A stretch of 32,000 bases of DNA, taken from positions 90,001-122,000 of the forward strand of contig JBHLKY010000014.1 in the NCBI GenBank assembly GCA_048886185.1, in the 5' to 3' direction. This document shows, one piece after another, positions 17,841 through 27,711 of this stretch (positions are counted from its first letter, which is position 1; the number at the start of each line of letters is the position of its first letter). The position numbers and the translations under genes are program-made. The notes under the pieces were generated by a model. That model was given only the letters and a program-made list of their open reading frames with translations. It was not told the origin of the DNA and did no database searches. The stretch comes from Candidatus Hermodarchaeota archaeon (GTDB lineage: Archaea; Asgardarchaeota; Heimdallarchaeia; Hodarchaeales; Hodarchaeaceae).

Positions 17841-19067
17841 ATGAATACAGGATCTAAGAGAATACGGTACCTTTTCCTTGATAATATAAAGCTGCTTTTT
17901 ACTATTCTTGTGATTTTCTGGCATACGATGAATACTTATGCTGAAGTAGGTTGGTGGTACTATAAAGAGATTAATCCAATTGATCCTTTGAGTGATACAT
18001 TTTTTTTACTTTTAAGCTCAATTGGAGGTGTGTTTCAAACCTCACTCTTAGGATTATTCTTTTTATTAGGGGGTTATTTTACTCCTAACAGTTATGATCG
18101 AAAAGGCGTTCGTAACTTCTGGAAAGAAAGACTTATTCGTCTTGGTATCCCCCTCCTTTTATATATAGTAATAATTAATTCTATTATGATTTATGCCCTA
18201 TCCTTATTAAGAATTCCACCGTGGAGTACCACCCCAATGCTACAAGGAACTTTTCTAGATTATTTATTCAGTAGATTTCTATCGTGGGAAGATTTCATTG
18301 ACTTTTTAACATTTGCGGGGCCAATGTGGTTTCTTTTGGTTTTACTAATCTTTACTGCCGTTTATACTCTTTGGCGTCAGATAACCAAGTTAGACTTGGT
18401 ACAGCGAAAAATGCCAGAGGAACTTTTCATCCCAAGATACCCATTCTTACTCCTTTTAGCAATTGGTTTAGGATTTTTTACTTTTTTAGTTCGTATAGGT
18501 TTTTCAATTGACTTCCGTCCACTAGGAATACCTTGGGGTCAACTCACTCAGTATCTAATGATGTTCAGCATTGGTGTTATCTGTGTTAGGTATTTTTGGT
18601 TAGAAAAGATATCTGAAAAACATGTCAAAATCTGGTTAATTACATTAATAACCTCAATTGTGATAATTTATCTGGATTTTTTTATTGTACTGATAATGGA
18701 TGGAGACTTTAGTGAATTTTCAGGGGGGGCCAATTTACATGCTTTTTTATTTGCCTTGGTAGATAGTATTATGTGTATGGGAGTCATTTTTGTCTTAATT
18801 AAGGTTTTTTATGTAAAATTCAACAAGCAAGGGCTTATACTACAGAACCTATCTGCTAGTGCATACCATATGTACCTCGTTCATCCACCTGTCCTTGTCT
18901 TTATATCCCTTGGATTATCATTATTAGACCTTTTTCCCATTATTAAACTAGCCATTGTATTTCCCTTAACAGTCATCGTTTGCTATCTGTTAAGTCATTA
19001 TGTCCTCGAAAAAATTCATTTGAAAAAACCAGCAAGAGTTAATCAAAATAGTTTAGACCATTTATAA
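17841..19067 (+). CDS. Membrane acyltransferase family 3 (OpgC/MdoC/OafA-like)
   Basis: LDNIKLLFTILVIFWH, LGLFFLLGGYF, ERLIRLGIP, GPMWFLLVLLIF and SAYHMYLVHPP; about 10 TM segments. Confidence 0.9.
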   Translation: MNTGSKRIRYLFLDNIKLLFTILVIFWHTMNTYAEVGWWYYKEINPIDPLSDTFFLLLSSIGGVFQTSLLGLFFLLGGYFTPNSYDRKGVRNFWKERLIRLGIPLLLYIVIINSIMIYALSLLRIPPWSTTPMLQGTFLDYLFSRFLSWEDFIDFLTFAGPMWFLLVLLIFTAVYTLWRQITKLDLVQRKMPEELFIPRYPFLLLLAIGLGFFTFLVRIGFSIDFRPLGIPWGQLTQYLMMFSIGVICVRYFWLEKISEKHVKIWLITLITSIVIIYLDFFIVLIMDGDFSEFSGGANLHAFLFALVDSIMCMGVIFVLIKVFYVKFNKQGLILQNLSASAYHMYLVHPPVLVFISLGLSLLDLFPIIKLAIVFPLTVIVCYLLSHYVLEKIHLKKPARVNQNSLDHL

Positions 19068-19434
19068 TACTCCTAAAACAGGTATATCATTAAATATATT
19101 GTATTATTGATTGATACAAGCTTCCTGAATAAATAGCAGTATCTACGAGTATGCAAACCAATCCAACGTTATATCACATCAGAAATGAGAAATACAGCCA
19201 ATTAGTACAGCATCAAAATACTCCAATAGGTATTCTTCTACATTATCTTTAAGGAAGTATCTTGGACATATTTTCCTTTTTTATTTTCAAAATAGTCTTC
19301 AAGATGTGATTAAACATCAGTATTACTGCAAAAATCAAATATAACTGCCATTTGATGACACTTTATTGCTTCACTCATGAGTTTGAATGACTTAAAAAAA
19401 AATCTTCCATAAATCCTTCTATGTGCTTAAAAAT

Positions 19435-20415
19435 TTAGGTATTAGTAATGAGTCGAAGAAAGTCTCTTGTACCTGTTGCCAGACCTAATAAGAAAACTAC
19501 CCATAGTAGCCATTTCTGAATATCCTCTTTTTCAAAACCTCGAACTGCATAAATAAAGAATAAAACAACTACAAATTTTAAGATTAAGAAGGGCCAAGAT
19601 CCTAAAGGAGTATCAAACAGTAAAGCGGGTAAATAGTGCTTTTCCTGATAATTAAAGAATTCTATAGCTATGACCGTATTGAATGCATCAAACATTTGTG
19701 TTCCCATTGCTAAGACTTCTTCTTTTTGTACAATAGCGTCTGGAATATACTTTTGTGAAATACGAGTGGCTGTAATGTTAAACAATACCCCAAATATGCC
19801 TGATAAGATTAGAATAATTAAACCACCCCCAATATAATAAGGATCTGTTAACAAAAATACAATTGGCAGGAATAATATAACTTCAATTATAATTCCAATA
19901 GTTAAAAATGTTGTTCTCCAATCTGAAAATCGTTTAGTATAATTTAGGTATTCCTGAGAAATGAAAATCGAGGCGATTCCGACAGTCAAAGCTAGTAAAA
20001 TGGTTATGACATAAACATAAGGAGTAACAAAAATTCTAAGTTTGAAGATCTCATAGGGGGAGATGATTTTGTTTTGATCAGCAATGTCTTGCAATGCTCT
20101 TATCGTTGAACCAATGAAGATATATGGTAGTATAGAGACAAAAAATTGGGAATCCATTTGCACTGGTATAAAATACTCTTCTCCCCATCGTTCAACTCCT
20201 TTCTGATTTACACGAACAATTATTTTCCCAATCAGGAAGATAGCGAGAATCCCTAGGGTTGTATAAACTATTGTATTGTAGAAATTATATCCTTGTTCTA
20301 GGATGAAATAGGTTTCAATAAACTTAACTGGATTAGATATTTCCTGTAAAAAGGTTTGAATTGCCTTAAAGATTTTATCCAAAAGATCTTGGATAATATT
20401 TTGCTGTAGTGCCAT
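19435..20415 (-). CDS. DUF63-family archaeal membrane protein
   Basis: GYNFYNTIVY, PYIFIGSTIRALQD, FVTPYVY, QMFDAFNT..AIEFFNYQEKHYLP and LGLATGTRDFLR match the DUF63 pattern as I recall it. Confidence 0.75.
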   Translation of the reverse strand: MALQQNIIQDLLDKIFKAIQTFLQEISNPVKFIETYFILEQGYNFYNTIVYTTLGILAIFLIGKIIVRVNQKGVERWGEEYFIPVQMDSQFFVSILPYIFIGSTIRALQDIADQNKIISPYEIFKLRIFVTPYVYVITILLALTVGIASIFISQEYLNYTKRFSDWRTTFLTIGIIIEVILFLPIVFLLTDPYYIGGGLIILILSGIFGVLFNITATRISQKYIPDAIVQKEEVLAMGTQMFDAFNTVIAIEFFNYQEKHYLPALLFDTPLGSWPFLILKFVVVLFFIYAVRGFEKEDIQKWLLWVVFLLGLATGTRDFLRLITNT

Positions 20416-20511
20416 AATACTCTTACACCAACAGTTGATGAATTTTAATCTAAATAATTTTCGCCTTTAGATCTTCATCTGAATGTTGTTTACCACTTTT
20501 TCAACACTAAT

Positions 20512-21153
20512 CTACTTGGATATTTTGAGGAATTCTCGATTCATCACTATAACAAATCCTAAACCTATGAGAATAAGAATCAAATCTATACTGAAAATTG
20601 CTGTAACAAAAAAAGGAAATAAAGGATTTATCGTTGGTAATTGAGCTAGGGTTGGTTTAAATATTCCTAGAAAACCGAAAAAGTCAGTATAATCATTAAA
20701 TAATGTGATACTAATCGGAATAGCCGTTATTTTGGTGATTTTCATATTAACCAATAAAGGTAAGATAGCTATTGCTTGAATAAGCAGTAAAAAATGGCCA
20801 AGTATTACAATTTCTATATCAAGAGATCCAAAGTTTAGAATGATTAGATAGGTAAAAAATGCAGCACGAATACCTTGTATAAAAACAAAGAAATTGTAAT
20901 TTAAAAAACGTTGGTTATCAAATTGTAGGTATACTCCCAACAACAGTAAAGCGGCCATTGGACAATCAGGAATTAATACCCAGAAGATAGGAGAAAATTG
21001 GGGAAGACCAACTACATTGAAATAATATAAGAAGCCGATAAACGCGCCTAAGAAATTAGCTATCATTAATATTATTATCAAAGGTTTTGATGCCAAAAGT
21101 TTCAATTCAAACTCCTGAATTCGTAGTATGGAAGTATGCAATGAAAGTTTCAT
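20512..21153 (-). CDS. DUF1405-family membrane protein
   Basis: IANFLGAFIGFLYY...W.LIPDCP.AALL, GHFLL and NDYTDF, in a hydrophobic protein. Confidence 0.7.
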   Translation of the reverse strand: MKLSLHTSILRIQEFELKLLASKPLIIILMIANFLGAFIGFLYYFNVVGLPQFSPIFWVLIPDCPMAALLLLGVYLQFDNQRFLNYNFFVFIQGIRAAFFTYLIILNFGSLDIEIVILGHFLLLIQAIAILPLLVNMKITKITAIPISITLFNDYTDFFGFLGIFKPTLAQLPTINPLFPFFVTAIFSIDLILILIGLGFVIVMNREFLKISK

Positions 21154-21260
21154 CCTAAAAAGTAAGACTCCTTATTGAATAATATTTTCAGGTATAGTTT
21201 CCAAGTAATTTGAATCAGAAAAGATCCTTAAGCGAGCTTAAATAATGATTAATGAACATT

Positions 21261-22292
21261 TCAGGTTACATCTACGACCCCAATCTCTGTTAATCCAAAT
21301 ATTGCCTCATTTTCAGGAAGAAGTGGACTATCCACAATTCGAGCAATACGTCGTTCGCCCTTTGATTTTCGGAGGTAGACCCGTGTTTGAGCTGCATGGG
21401 CAACAATATGGCCTCCAACAGGATGGGTGGGATCACCAAAAAATTGGTCTGGTTTGGCATGAACTTGGTTTGTGACTATAACAGCTAGATTTCCGATCTC
21501 GGCTGCTCTCAGAATAGTATGAATATGTTGATTTAACTTTTGTTGTCGAGTAGCTAAGGTTCCTCGACCTACATACTCAGCTCTAAAGTGAGCAATCATT
21601 GAATCAACTACAAGTAATCTAATATTTTTAGTGGGCAGATAATCTTTAATCATTTTTTCTACTAGAACCATTTGATGATCAGAATTATGAGCACGTCCAT
21701 GTAAAATGTTTTCGAGCAATAAATCTTCATCTAAATCATCCTGCCAACGAGAAGCCATCGATAATACTCTTTCTGGGCGAAATGTTCCCTCGCTATCTAT
21801 ATAAACTACTCTTGGGTAGTTATCTCCTTCTCGTAGGCCACCCTTTTCACGAGGGAGTTGGACAGTCACACAAAGTTGATGGGCTAGCTGAGTTTTTCCA
21901 GTCCGAAATTCGCCAAAAAGCTCCGTAACGGTCCCTGTTTCTATTCCACCACCAAATAGTTCATCTAACTTCTGGCTACCTGTAGTAACTTTAGCCAATT
22001 CTTTACGTCTAGCCAACACGGATTTGGCAGTTTCAAAATCTATATCAAGTGCTTCTCTTGCAGCTTCAATTATTCTTTTTACCGTTTTTTCCCCCAAACT
22101 GGCAATTGAGGTTAATTCCCCAACAGAGACCGTAGCGATAGATTCTAATGTTGAGAATCCCGCTTCCACTAATTTCGCGGCCGTTGATGGCCCAATTCCG
22201 GGTAAATCAGTTATAGATGTCACAGCACTCTCTTTATTAACTTTTGTTTCAATCGAAGTATCAGTTTTCTCATTTTTTTTCTTTGGTGTCAT
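21261..22292 (-). CDS. radA: DNA repair and recombination protein RadA
   Basis: N-terminal HhH (DLPGIGPSTAAKL), Walker A GEFRTGKTQ, YIDSEGTFRPER, Walker B LLVVDS, FRAEYVGRGTLATRQQKL, TNQV and GGHIVAH. No intein. The start is likely ATG 22292 (GAGG upstream) rather than 22346. Confidence 0.98.
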   Translation of the reverse strand: MTPKKKNEKTDTSIETKVNKESAVTSITDLPGIGPSTAAKLVEAGFSTLESIATVSVGELTSIASLGEKTVKRIIEAAREALDIDFETAKSVLARRKELAKVTTGSQKLDELFGGGIETGTVTELFGEFRTGKTQLAHQLCVTVQLPREKGGLREGDNYPRVVYIDSEGTFRPERVLSMASRWQDDLDEDLLLENILHGRAHNSDHQMVLVEKMIKDYLPTKNIRLLVVDSMIAHFRAEYVGRGTLATRQQKLNQHIHTILRAAEIGNLAVIVTNQVHAKPDQFFGDPTHPVGGHIVAHAAQTRVYLRKSKGERRIARIVDSPLLPENEAIFGLTEIGVVDVT

Positions 22293-22586
22293 TATCTTAC
22301 CCGTCCTCGAGAGAGGTTCTCTCATAAGACTAATGAGAACTATCATTTTTTTGAACCCATGAACACCTTAAATCTTTTCTGCTTTTAAGGATTAAAGTGA
22401 AATTAGGAACATTATAAATGGATCAGGAGGCTCTATCTCTAATATCCTTTATGGCAAAATAGGCATAAGATTCCCTTCATCATTGTCACCAAAAAGCTCC
22501 TACGCCAAATTTAACTCCCAAAAACGAGTAATAGGCATTTATTCCCTCAATGTGAAATTACCTACCCTCAAGAAGTATATTTTTAC

Positions 22587-22602
22587 AAAAGGTATACCTT
22601 TT
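22587..22602. promoter_or_regulatory. Perfect 16-bp palindrome in the radA / pilus divergent intergenic region
   Basis: AAAAGGTATACCTTTT is its own reverse complement. Confidence 0.4.
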
Positions 22603-22712
22603 TTGGGGAATACAAAAATCCTTAAATCATTACATCTTTGATTATAAATCCCTGAGGTATGATTTATTTATTGAGATTGATGTTAAAAGAAAGTGATAGA
22701 AAGGGATCGAAC

Positions 22713-23606
22713 TTGAAGAAAGACTTTATTAGCCAATTAAAAAACCGTCGTGGAGTTTCTCCTGTTCTAGCGACTGTTATGATATTCGGTTTAATTATCA
22801 CTGGAGTCATGATCACTTTCGTTCAAGTTGTTCCATATATCCAACAGGCTCAAAGTGAGGAAGCGATAGCATCGGTACGGAATAGCTTTTTAGAGCTGGA
22901 TACTACTATAAAATCATTACTAAGTGAAAGTGGAGCGCCAGGAGGTTTTCGAACCATTCTATTCACTAAACCCTCCGGAGTCGTTCAATATGTTGAAGAT
23001 CGCTATTACATTTCCTTAAGATTACTTGATCAAGATAGTAATACAATATATAAAATACTGGATGAAAAGAAGATTGGAGTACTTGATTGGGTCTTCAATA
23101 GCCCTCGATCTGTCATTCCTAGAGGTACTACAAAATATTTAACTGGACCAGATCCCTATAGAAAACGAGAACCTGTTTTTTTAACAGGAACTTTTTCATC
23201 CACGGATTATCAAGACCTAACTAATTTAACATTAAGCCATCTTAATGACAAAAGGCATCATGTGACTCTCAATTACCGAATATCTATCTATTTAACAATT
23301 TCTACTCAACCAGAACCAGAAATTCGTTTTGAAGTCTTTTTAGTCTTAATTTCTTCAGATTTCGACTCATTTCATAGACAATATCAACAAATAACCATTC
23401 ATTCATATAACAATTTTTCCAGACCATATACTTTACCTGAAAATGACTCCATTGGGGCGATAGAATTAGTATGGGATAATATTAAAACTTCAGGGTCTAC
23501 AACCACATCCCTTTGGAGTACTCAATTGATTCAAGGATTTAATGTCCAATACTTTAATATTGTGGTACAAACACTGGTTTATGAAATAGGCCTCTCAATA
23601 TCTTAG
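22713..23606 (+). CDS. Archaeal type IV pilin-like protein with an archaellin/PibD-type class III signal peptide
   Basis: KNRRG|VSPVLATVMIFGLIITG (Gly at 22752-22754) followed by a hydrophobic helix and a soluble domain. Likely TTG start at 22713 (AAGGGA upstream); the ORF track starts at 22659. Confidence 0.85.
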   Translation: MKKDFISQLKNRRGVSPVLATVMIFGLIITGVMITFVQVVPYIQQAQSEEAIASVRNSFLELDTTIKSLLSESGAPGGFRTILFTKPSGVVQYVEDRYYISLRLLDQDSNTIYKILDEKKIGVLDWVFNSPRSVIPRGTTKYLTGPDPYRKREPVFLTGTFSSTDYQDLTNLTLSHLNDKRHHVTLNYRISIYLTISTQPEPEIRFEVFLVLISSDFDSFHRQYQQITIHSYNNFSRPYTLPENDSIGAIELVWDNIKTSGSTTTSLWSTQLIQGFNVQYFNIVVQTLVYEIGLSIS

Positions 23607-23629
23607 TGAAAATATGACTCTGGTCGATT

Positions 23630-24085
23630 GTGATGGCATCGCAATATATTACCTTTATGATTATCTTCATATTAGGTCTTAACTTGGTCATAATTACAAA
23701 CACAATGTTTTTGGGTTTGAATGATCAGTTTCAGGAGAATCTTGCAGAAGCTGAGATGATACAAATCTTAGATTTGATTCAGATGCAAATTATGCAAACA
23801 CTTCTTCTTCCTACAAAATTCAATCAGACAAGTATGCAAAAAATTGAATTACCAACCCTTTTGGGAAAAATGTTCAGATATACTATTGAAATTTCTAATT
23901 TAAGCAACAATCAGCTTATATTGCATGGTTTTTCCAATAATTTGAAGATTGATCAGGTGATAACTTTTTCTGTGGCCCCAAAGTACAATATTGAGATTTC
24001 TAAATCATCGTTTCAAAGTATAAACTCAATATTATCTTTATATATAGAGAAGAACTTGATTAACGTTATAATAAGCATATCTTAG
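23630..24085 (+). CDS. Pilin-like protein (N-terminal hydrophobic helix, long amphipathic helix, beta-rich C-terminus) without a visible basic leader
   Basis: QYITFMIIFILGLNLVIIT...AEAEMIQI...IELPTLLG..FRYTIEI, located in the pilus locus. Confidence 0.6.
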   Translation: MMASQYITFMIIFILGLNLVIITNTMFLGLNDQFQENLAEAEMIQILDLIQMQIMQTLLLPTKFNQTSMQKIELPTLLGKMFRYTIEISNLSNNQLILHGFSNNLKIDQVITFSVAPKYNIEISKSSFQSINSILSLYIEKNLINVIISIS

Positions 24086-24238
24086 ATCAAACAATCAATT
24101 AATATAGTAAAAAGTGCTCATTCACAATAGAAAAATCTAAAAAATTATGATCACTGAAAATTATTAAACTAGCAAAAGATCAAACACGAAAAAAAAATCA
24201 TAATTATTTTTAGGCTAAAAGTAAGGAGTAACAGATAA

Positions 24239-25747
24239 ATGGCAGAATCAAGCAGTCTAATTCGAGAAACATATCCTTTAATCCCCCCATTTAGTTATGC
24301 GTTGGTTGCAACTGATCCAGAAACCAAACAAACTAAATATACTGTTGTTGAAGTTCCACTAAGTACAAAAGAGAAAGATATATTGGATATGATAAAAAAT
24401 ATTCTCGAAGAAGAATTAGATGTAGATTTTAATGTACTTAAAAATCCTGAGATAGCACGTGATTACCTCCGATCTAAAGTAATTAGGATAGCTAAAGATT
24501 ATGGGCTAAAAATAGATGAAAAGACATTCGATAAGATTAATTACCACATTACTCGTGATTTTGTTGGATTCGGTCCAATAGATGCAATGTTGAAAGATCA
24601 TAATGTTGAAGATATCTCCTGTGATGGTGTTGGAATTCCTGTCTATATTTGGCATCGAAAGTTTGAAAGTATTCAAACAAATGTTAAGTTTGAGGAGGAG
24701 GACTTATTAAATGCCTTTATCATCAAATTAGCTCAACGAGCTGGACGACATATCAGTGTAGCCAGACCTCTACTTGATGCTGCATTACCAGATGGTTCTC
24801 GCCTTCAATTAACATATGGAAGAGAAGTTACTCAACGAGGAAGTACATTCACAATACGAAAATTCCGCTCTGATCCGTTAACAATCACTGATATGGTTAT
24901 TTTTAATACCATTGACGAAGATTTAGCTGCATTCTTATGGTACGTTTTGGAAAATAGGAATTCAGTTGTTATTTCAGGGGGAACAGCAGCAGGAAAAACT
25001 TCTTTGCTTAATAGTTTGGCTATGTTCATTAGACCAGGAATGAAAATCGTTTCCATCGAAGACACAGCAGAACTTCATCTTCCTCATGAGAATTGGATCC
25101 CTGCCGTGGCTCGTGAAGGTTATGGCGGACGTGAAGCTGATGGTTCTCGAAGAGGCGAAGTATCAATGTACGATCTCCTCCGTGCAGCCCTTCGGCAAAG
25201 ACCAGATTATCTTTTTGTGGGAGAAGTACGAGGCGCAGAAGCATACAATCTTTTTCAAGCAATGGCTACTGGCCACACTGGAATGGGAACAATACATGGT
25301 GACAGTGTAACTGGAACTATTAGACGATTAGAGAATGAACCAATGAATATTCCTCGAACACTAATTCAAACATTGAACTTTGTTCTTGTCCTTCGAAAAG
25401 TGCGTCGAGGAGACAAACAGGTTCGACGAGTAATTGAATGTACAGAAATTGTAGGAATTGACCCTGTAACTACTGAATTGATTACGAATAAAGTCTTTGG
25501 ATGGAATGCACGTGAGGATGCTTTTATCAATTATGGACGATCCTATGCACTTGAAGGAATTCAGGAAGCGCAAGGATTAACTGAAGCACAAGTATTTGAT
25601 GAGCTGGAACGGCGTAAAACAATTTTAAGATGGATGGTAAAAAAGAAGCTGGCTCATTTTACCCAAGTTTCTGAAGTAGTGAACAGTTATTATCAGAATG
25701 CACTTGAAACTGTTGATCGAGCAAAACGTGAATTAAAAGCTATTTAA
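24239..25747 (+). CDS. Type IV pilus / T2SS assembly ATPase (archaeal PilB/ArlI-like)
   Basis: EDISCDG, LDAALPDGSRLQ, TFTIRKF, Walker A GGTAAGKTS, Asp box SIEDTAE, LRQRPDY, Walker B VGEVRG and His box TGH...TIHG. Confidence 0.96.
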   Translation: MAESSSLIRETYPLIPPFSYALVATDPETKQTKYTVVEVPLSTKEKDILDMIKNILEEELDVDFNVLKNPEIARDYLRSKVIRIAKDYGLKIDEKTFDKINYHITRDFVGFGPIDAMLKDHNVEDISCDGVGIPVYIWHRKFESIQTNVKFEEEDLLNAFIIKLAQRAGRHISVARPLLDAALPDGSRLQLTYGREVTQRGSTFTIRKFRSDPLTITDMVIFNTIDEDLAAFLWYVLENRNSVVISGGTAAGKTSLLNSLAMFIRPGMKIVSIEDTAELHLPHENWIPAVAREGYGGREADGSRRGEVSMYDLLRAALRQRPDYLFVGEVRGAEAYNLFQAMATGHTGMGTIHGDSVTGTIRRLENEPMNIPRTLIQTLNFVLVLRKVRRGDKQVRRVIECTEIVGIDPVTTELITNKVFGWNAREDAFINYGRSYALEGIQEAQGLTEAQVFDELERRKTILRWMVKKKLAHFTQVSEVVNSYYQNALETVDRAKRELKAI

Positions 25748-25773
25748 GGAAGAATCGTTTGGAGTGTTTATTT

Positions 25774-26682
25774 GTGAGTAAGGTCATTAGAAGGGTCGGT
25801 TATCTCAGGTTTGGTAGATTATTAGAATCTTGGATTGAAAAGGGACGATTTGAAAGACTCAATAAAAGCCTGAAACGAGCAGGGATGGATATTTCAATCC
25901 GAGCTTATCTTGGGAGTGCAATTTTTAGTTCTATTCTTATTGGATTCTTATCATTTTTCGGGACAATTATTGGAAGTATTGTGCTTTTTCAAATTGCTGA
26001 TCCTACAATGCACTTACAAAGTTTCTTTATGCAACTTATTTTGATTGGACTGATTGTTGGAGTGCTTTTTTTCATCATAACATATGTACCATTCTTATAC
26101 TGGCCCCAAATGAAAGCTGCTGATCGTAAAATATTAATGGAGTCTGGTTTACCATCAACAGCATCGTATCTCTCTGCAATGTCAAGTTCAGGTGTTCCCC
26201 CTAATAGACTATTTTTTTCACTCGCAGGAGAAGCATCTGTTGCTCCTGAAATTTCCAAAGAGAGTAAAAGAATAACACGAGACATTCAGATTTTTGGGTA
26301 TGATATTCTAAAAGCTTTACGAACCGCCAGTGAAAGATCTCCCTCAGAAAGATTCTCCAAGTTTTTAGATGGAATGTCAGCTACTATCACAAGTGGAGGG
26401 GATCTAACTTTCTATCTTAGTGCTGAAGCTAAAGCCCTAATGAAATTAAAAGAGGAAGAAACTAAAGAATTTATTGATCAATTAGGGGTACTTGCTGAAA
26501 TTTTTATGATTATAGGAGTAGTTGCTCCCTTATTCTTTGTAGTAATAATAGCAATTCTAGCTGTCATTTCCCCAGAAACAATAATTGGAACGGTCATAAT
26601 GCTGCTTTTGACGTACTTAATTATGCCTATTCTATTAATGATAATGATTTTATTGATCTCAACTATTTCACGAGAAGTTTAG
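25774..26682 (+). CDS. Type IV pilus membrane platform protein (PilC/TadC/ArlJ-like, T2SSF domain)
   Basis: LPSTASYLSAMSSSG, RDIQIFGYDILKAL, SPSERFSKFLDGM...SGGDL..YL and C-terminal TM helices. Likely GTG start at 25774. Confidence 0.9.
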   Translation: MSKVIRRVGYLRFGRLLESWIEKGRFERLNKSLKRAGMDISIRAYLGSAIFSSILIGFLSFFGTIIGSIVLFQIADPTMHLQSFFMQLILIGLIVGVLFFIITYVPFLYWPQMKAADRKILMESGLPSTASYLSAMSSSGVPPNRLFFSLAGEASVAPEISKESKRITRDIQIFGYDILKALRTASERSPSERFSKFLDGMSATITSGGDLTFYLSAEAKALMKLKEEETKEFIDQLGVLAEIFMIIGVVAPLFFVVIIAILAVISPETIIGTVIMLLLTYLIMPILLMIMILLISTISREV

Positions 26683-26702
26683 ACGTCAAGAGGTTTAGAG
26701 TA

Positions 26703-27689
26703 ATGAGAAAACTGTCACCAAAACTCGAACAACGTATCTGGATTCTCTCAATATTTCTCTTCATAATTACAGCAGGAATTGCCTTATATTTTTACATACC
26801 CGTCATTGAACATATATTTCCAGTAACTAGCCCTTCTGATTTAGATCCCGAAGAATTGGAAAATTATCTTCATTCTGTGAGTGAAATCGTCAGAGATCCA
26901 ATCATTGGATTTTTTGACATCATAGATATAACAACAATATCTATTTTCACGCTGATTCTCATCCCAGCTTGGGCCTATCGCTCAGATCAAAGATGGCGAG
27001 ACAATATTGATGATAATATTCCCTCTTTATTACGTGAAATTTCTGATGCTCAAAAAACTGGTCTTCCATTACCAAGAGCAATTATGTCAGCAAGCAAGCA
27101 TAATTACGGCGCCTTGACGCCTGAATTGAAAAAAATGGCAGCTAAAATTAGTTGGGGGATTCCCTTCAGCAAATCCTTACAAAGTTTGACGCAAACAGCA
27201 GATACACCTATGATGAAACGAACATCTCTACTAATATTAGAAGCAGAGCGTTCTGGCGGGGCTATTGAAGACGTTTTTGAATCGGCTCACAAGCATGTGT
27301 CTGAAGTACTCGGATTAAAAAGAGAACGCCTTGGATCTATGAAGCCTTTTACTTGGATCATCTTCGCTTCCTTTATTGTCTTCTCCCTTGTAATGATTAT
27401 TCTACTTATTTCCTTTTTCCAAACATTAGCTGTCCAAATGGTAGATGCTGTTGCAGAAGGACAAGACCCAACTGCAGGATTACCATTTAACCTCGCTGGA
27501 TTACAGTTGATTTTTTTCCACTTAATGGTGATTGAAGCCATTTTTGCAGGTCTTATTGCAGGGAAAATGGGTCAAGGTAATTCAAAGCTTGGATTGCAAT
27601 ATTCTTGTATACTTCTAGCTATCTGCTATCTAATCTTTAAATTTACAATAACAGATATCATTTCACAAATATTTTCATTATTTGTATAA
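26703..27689 (+). CDS. Second type IV pilus membrane platform protein (T2SSF domain)
   Basis: IPSLLREISDAQKTGLPL..AI, YGALTPELKKM...ISWG and AERSGGAIEDV, plus C-terminal GLIAGKM...G. Confidence 0.9.
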   Translation: MRKLSPKLEQRIWILSIFLFIITAGIALYFYIPVIEHIFPVTSPSDLDPEELENYLHSVSEIVRDPIIGFFDIIDITTISIFTLILIPAWAYRSDQRWRDNIDDNIPSLLREISDAQKTGLPLPRAIMSASKHNYGALTPELKKMAAKISWGIPFSKSLQSLTQTADTPMMKRTSLLILEAERSGGAIEDVFESAHKHVSEVLGLKRERLGSMKPFTWIIFASFIVFSLVMIILLISFFQTLAVQMVDAVAEGQDPTAGLPFNLAGLQLIFFHLMVIEAIFAGLIAGKMGQGNSKLGLQYSCILLAICYLIFKFTITDIISQIFSLFV

Positions 27690-27711
27690 TAGTAATCAGA
27701 GGTTTAAAGTC

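Larger units (their letters stand above)
13141..19434. other. Accessory / decaying island of probable foreign genes between pyrE and DUF63
   Basis: Contains a GC-shifted CocE gene, two internally deleted pseudogenes, a probable frameshifted ORF, long AT-rich gaps and gene families typical of bacterial accessory clusters. No integrase, transposase or flanking repeat was seen, so the boundaries are approximate. Confidence 0.5.

Noticed and set aside
19068-19434. Possible decayed gene (LLIDTSFL resembling a PIN-domain start on +; charged fragments on -)
   Set aside because: Interrupted by stops within a few codons; a match this short is expected by chance.
13026-19434. Integrative or mobile element explanation for the accessory region
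   Set aside because: No integrase, transposase, tRNA target, att-like direct repeats or terminal inverted repeats were found by eye.
21245-25573. Antisense or nested ORFs over radA and the pilus ATPase (21245-21475, 22024-22362, 24832-25065, 25029-25262, 25086-25310, 25361-25573)
   Set aside because: Shadow frames of conserved genes, with no independent coding signal.
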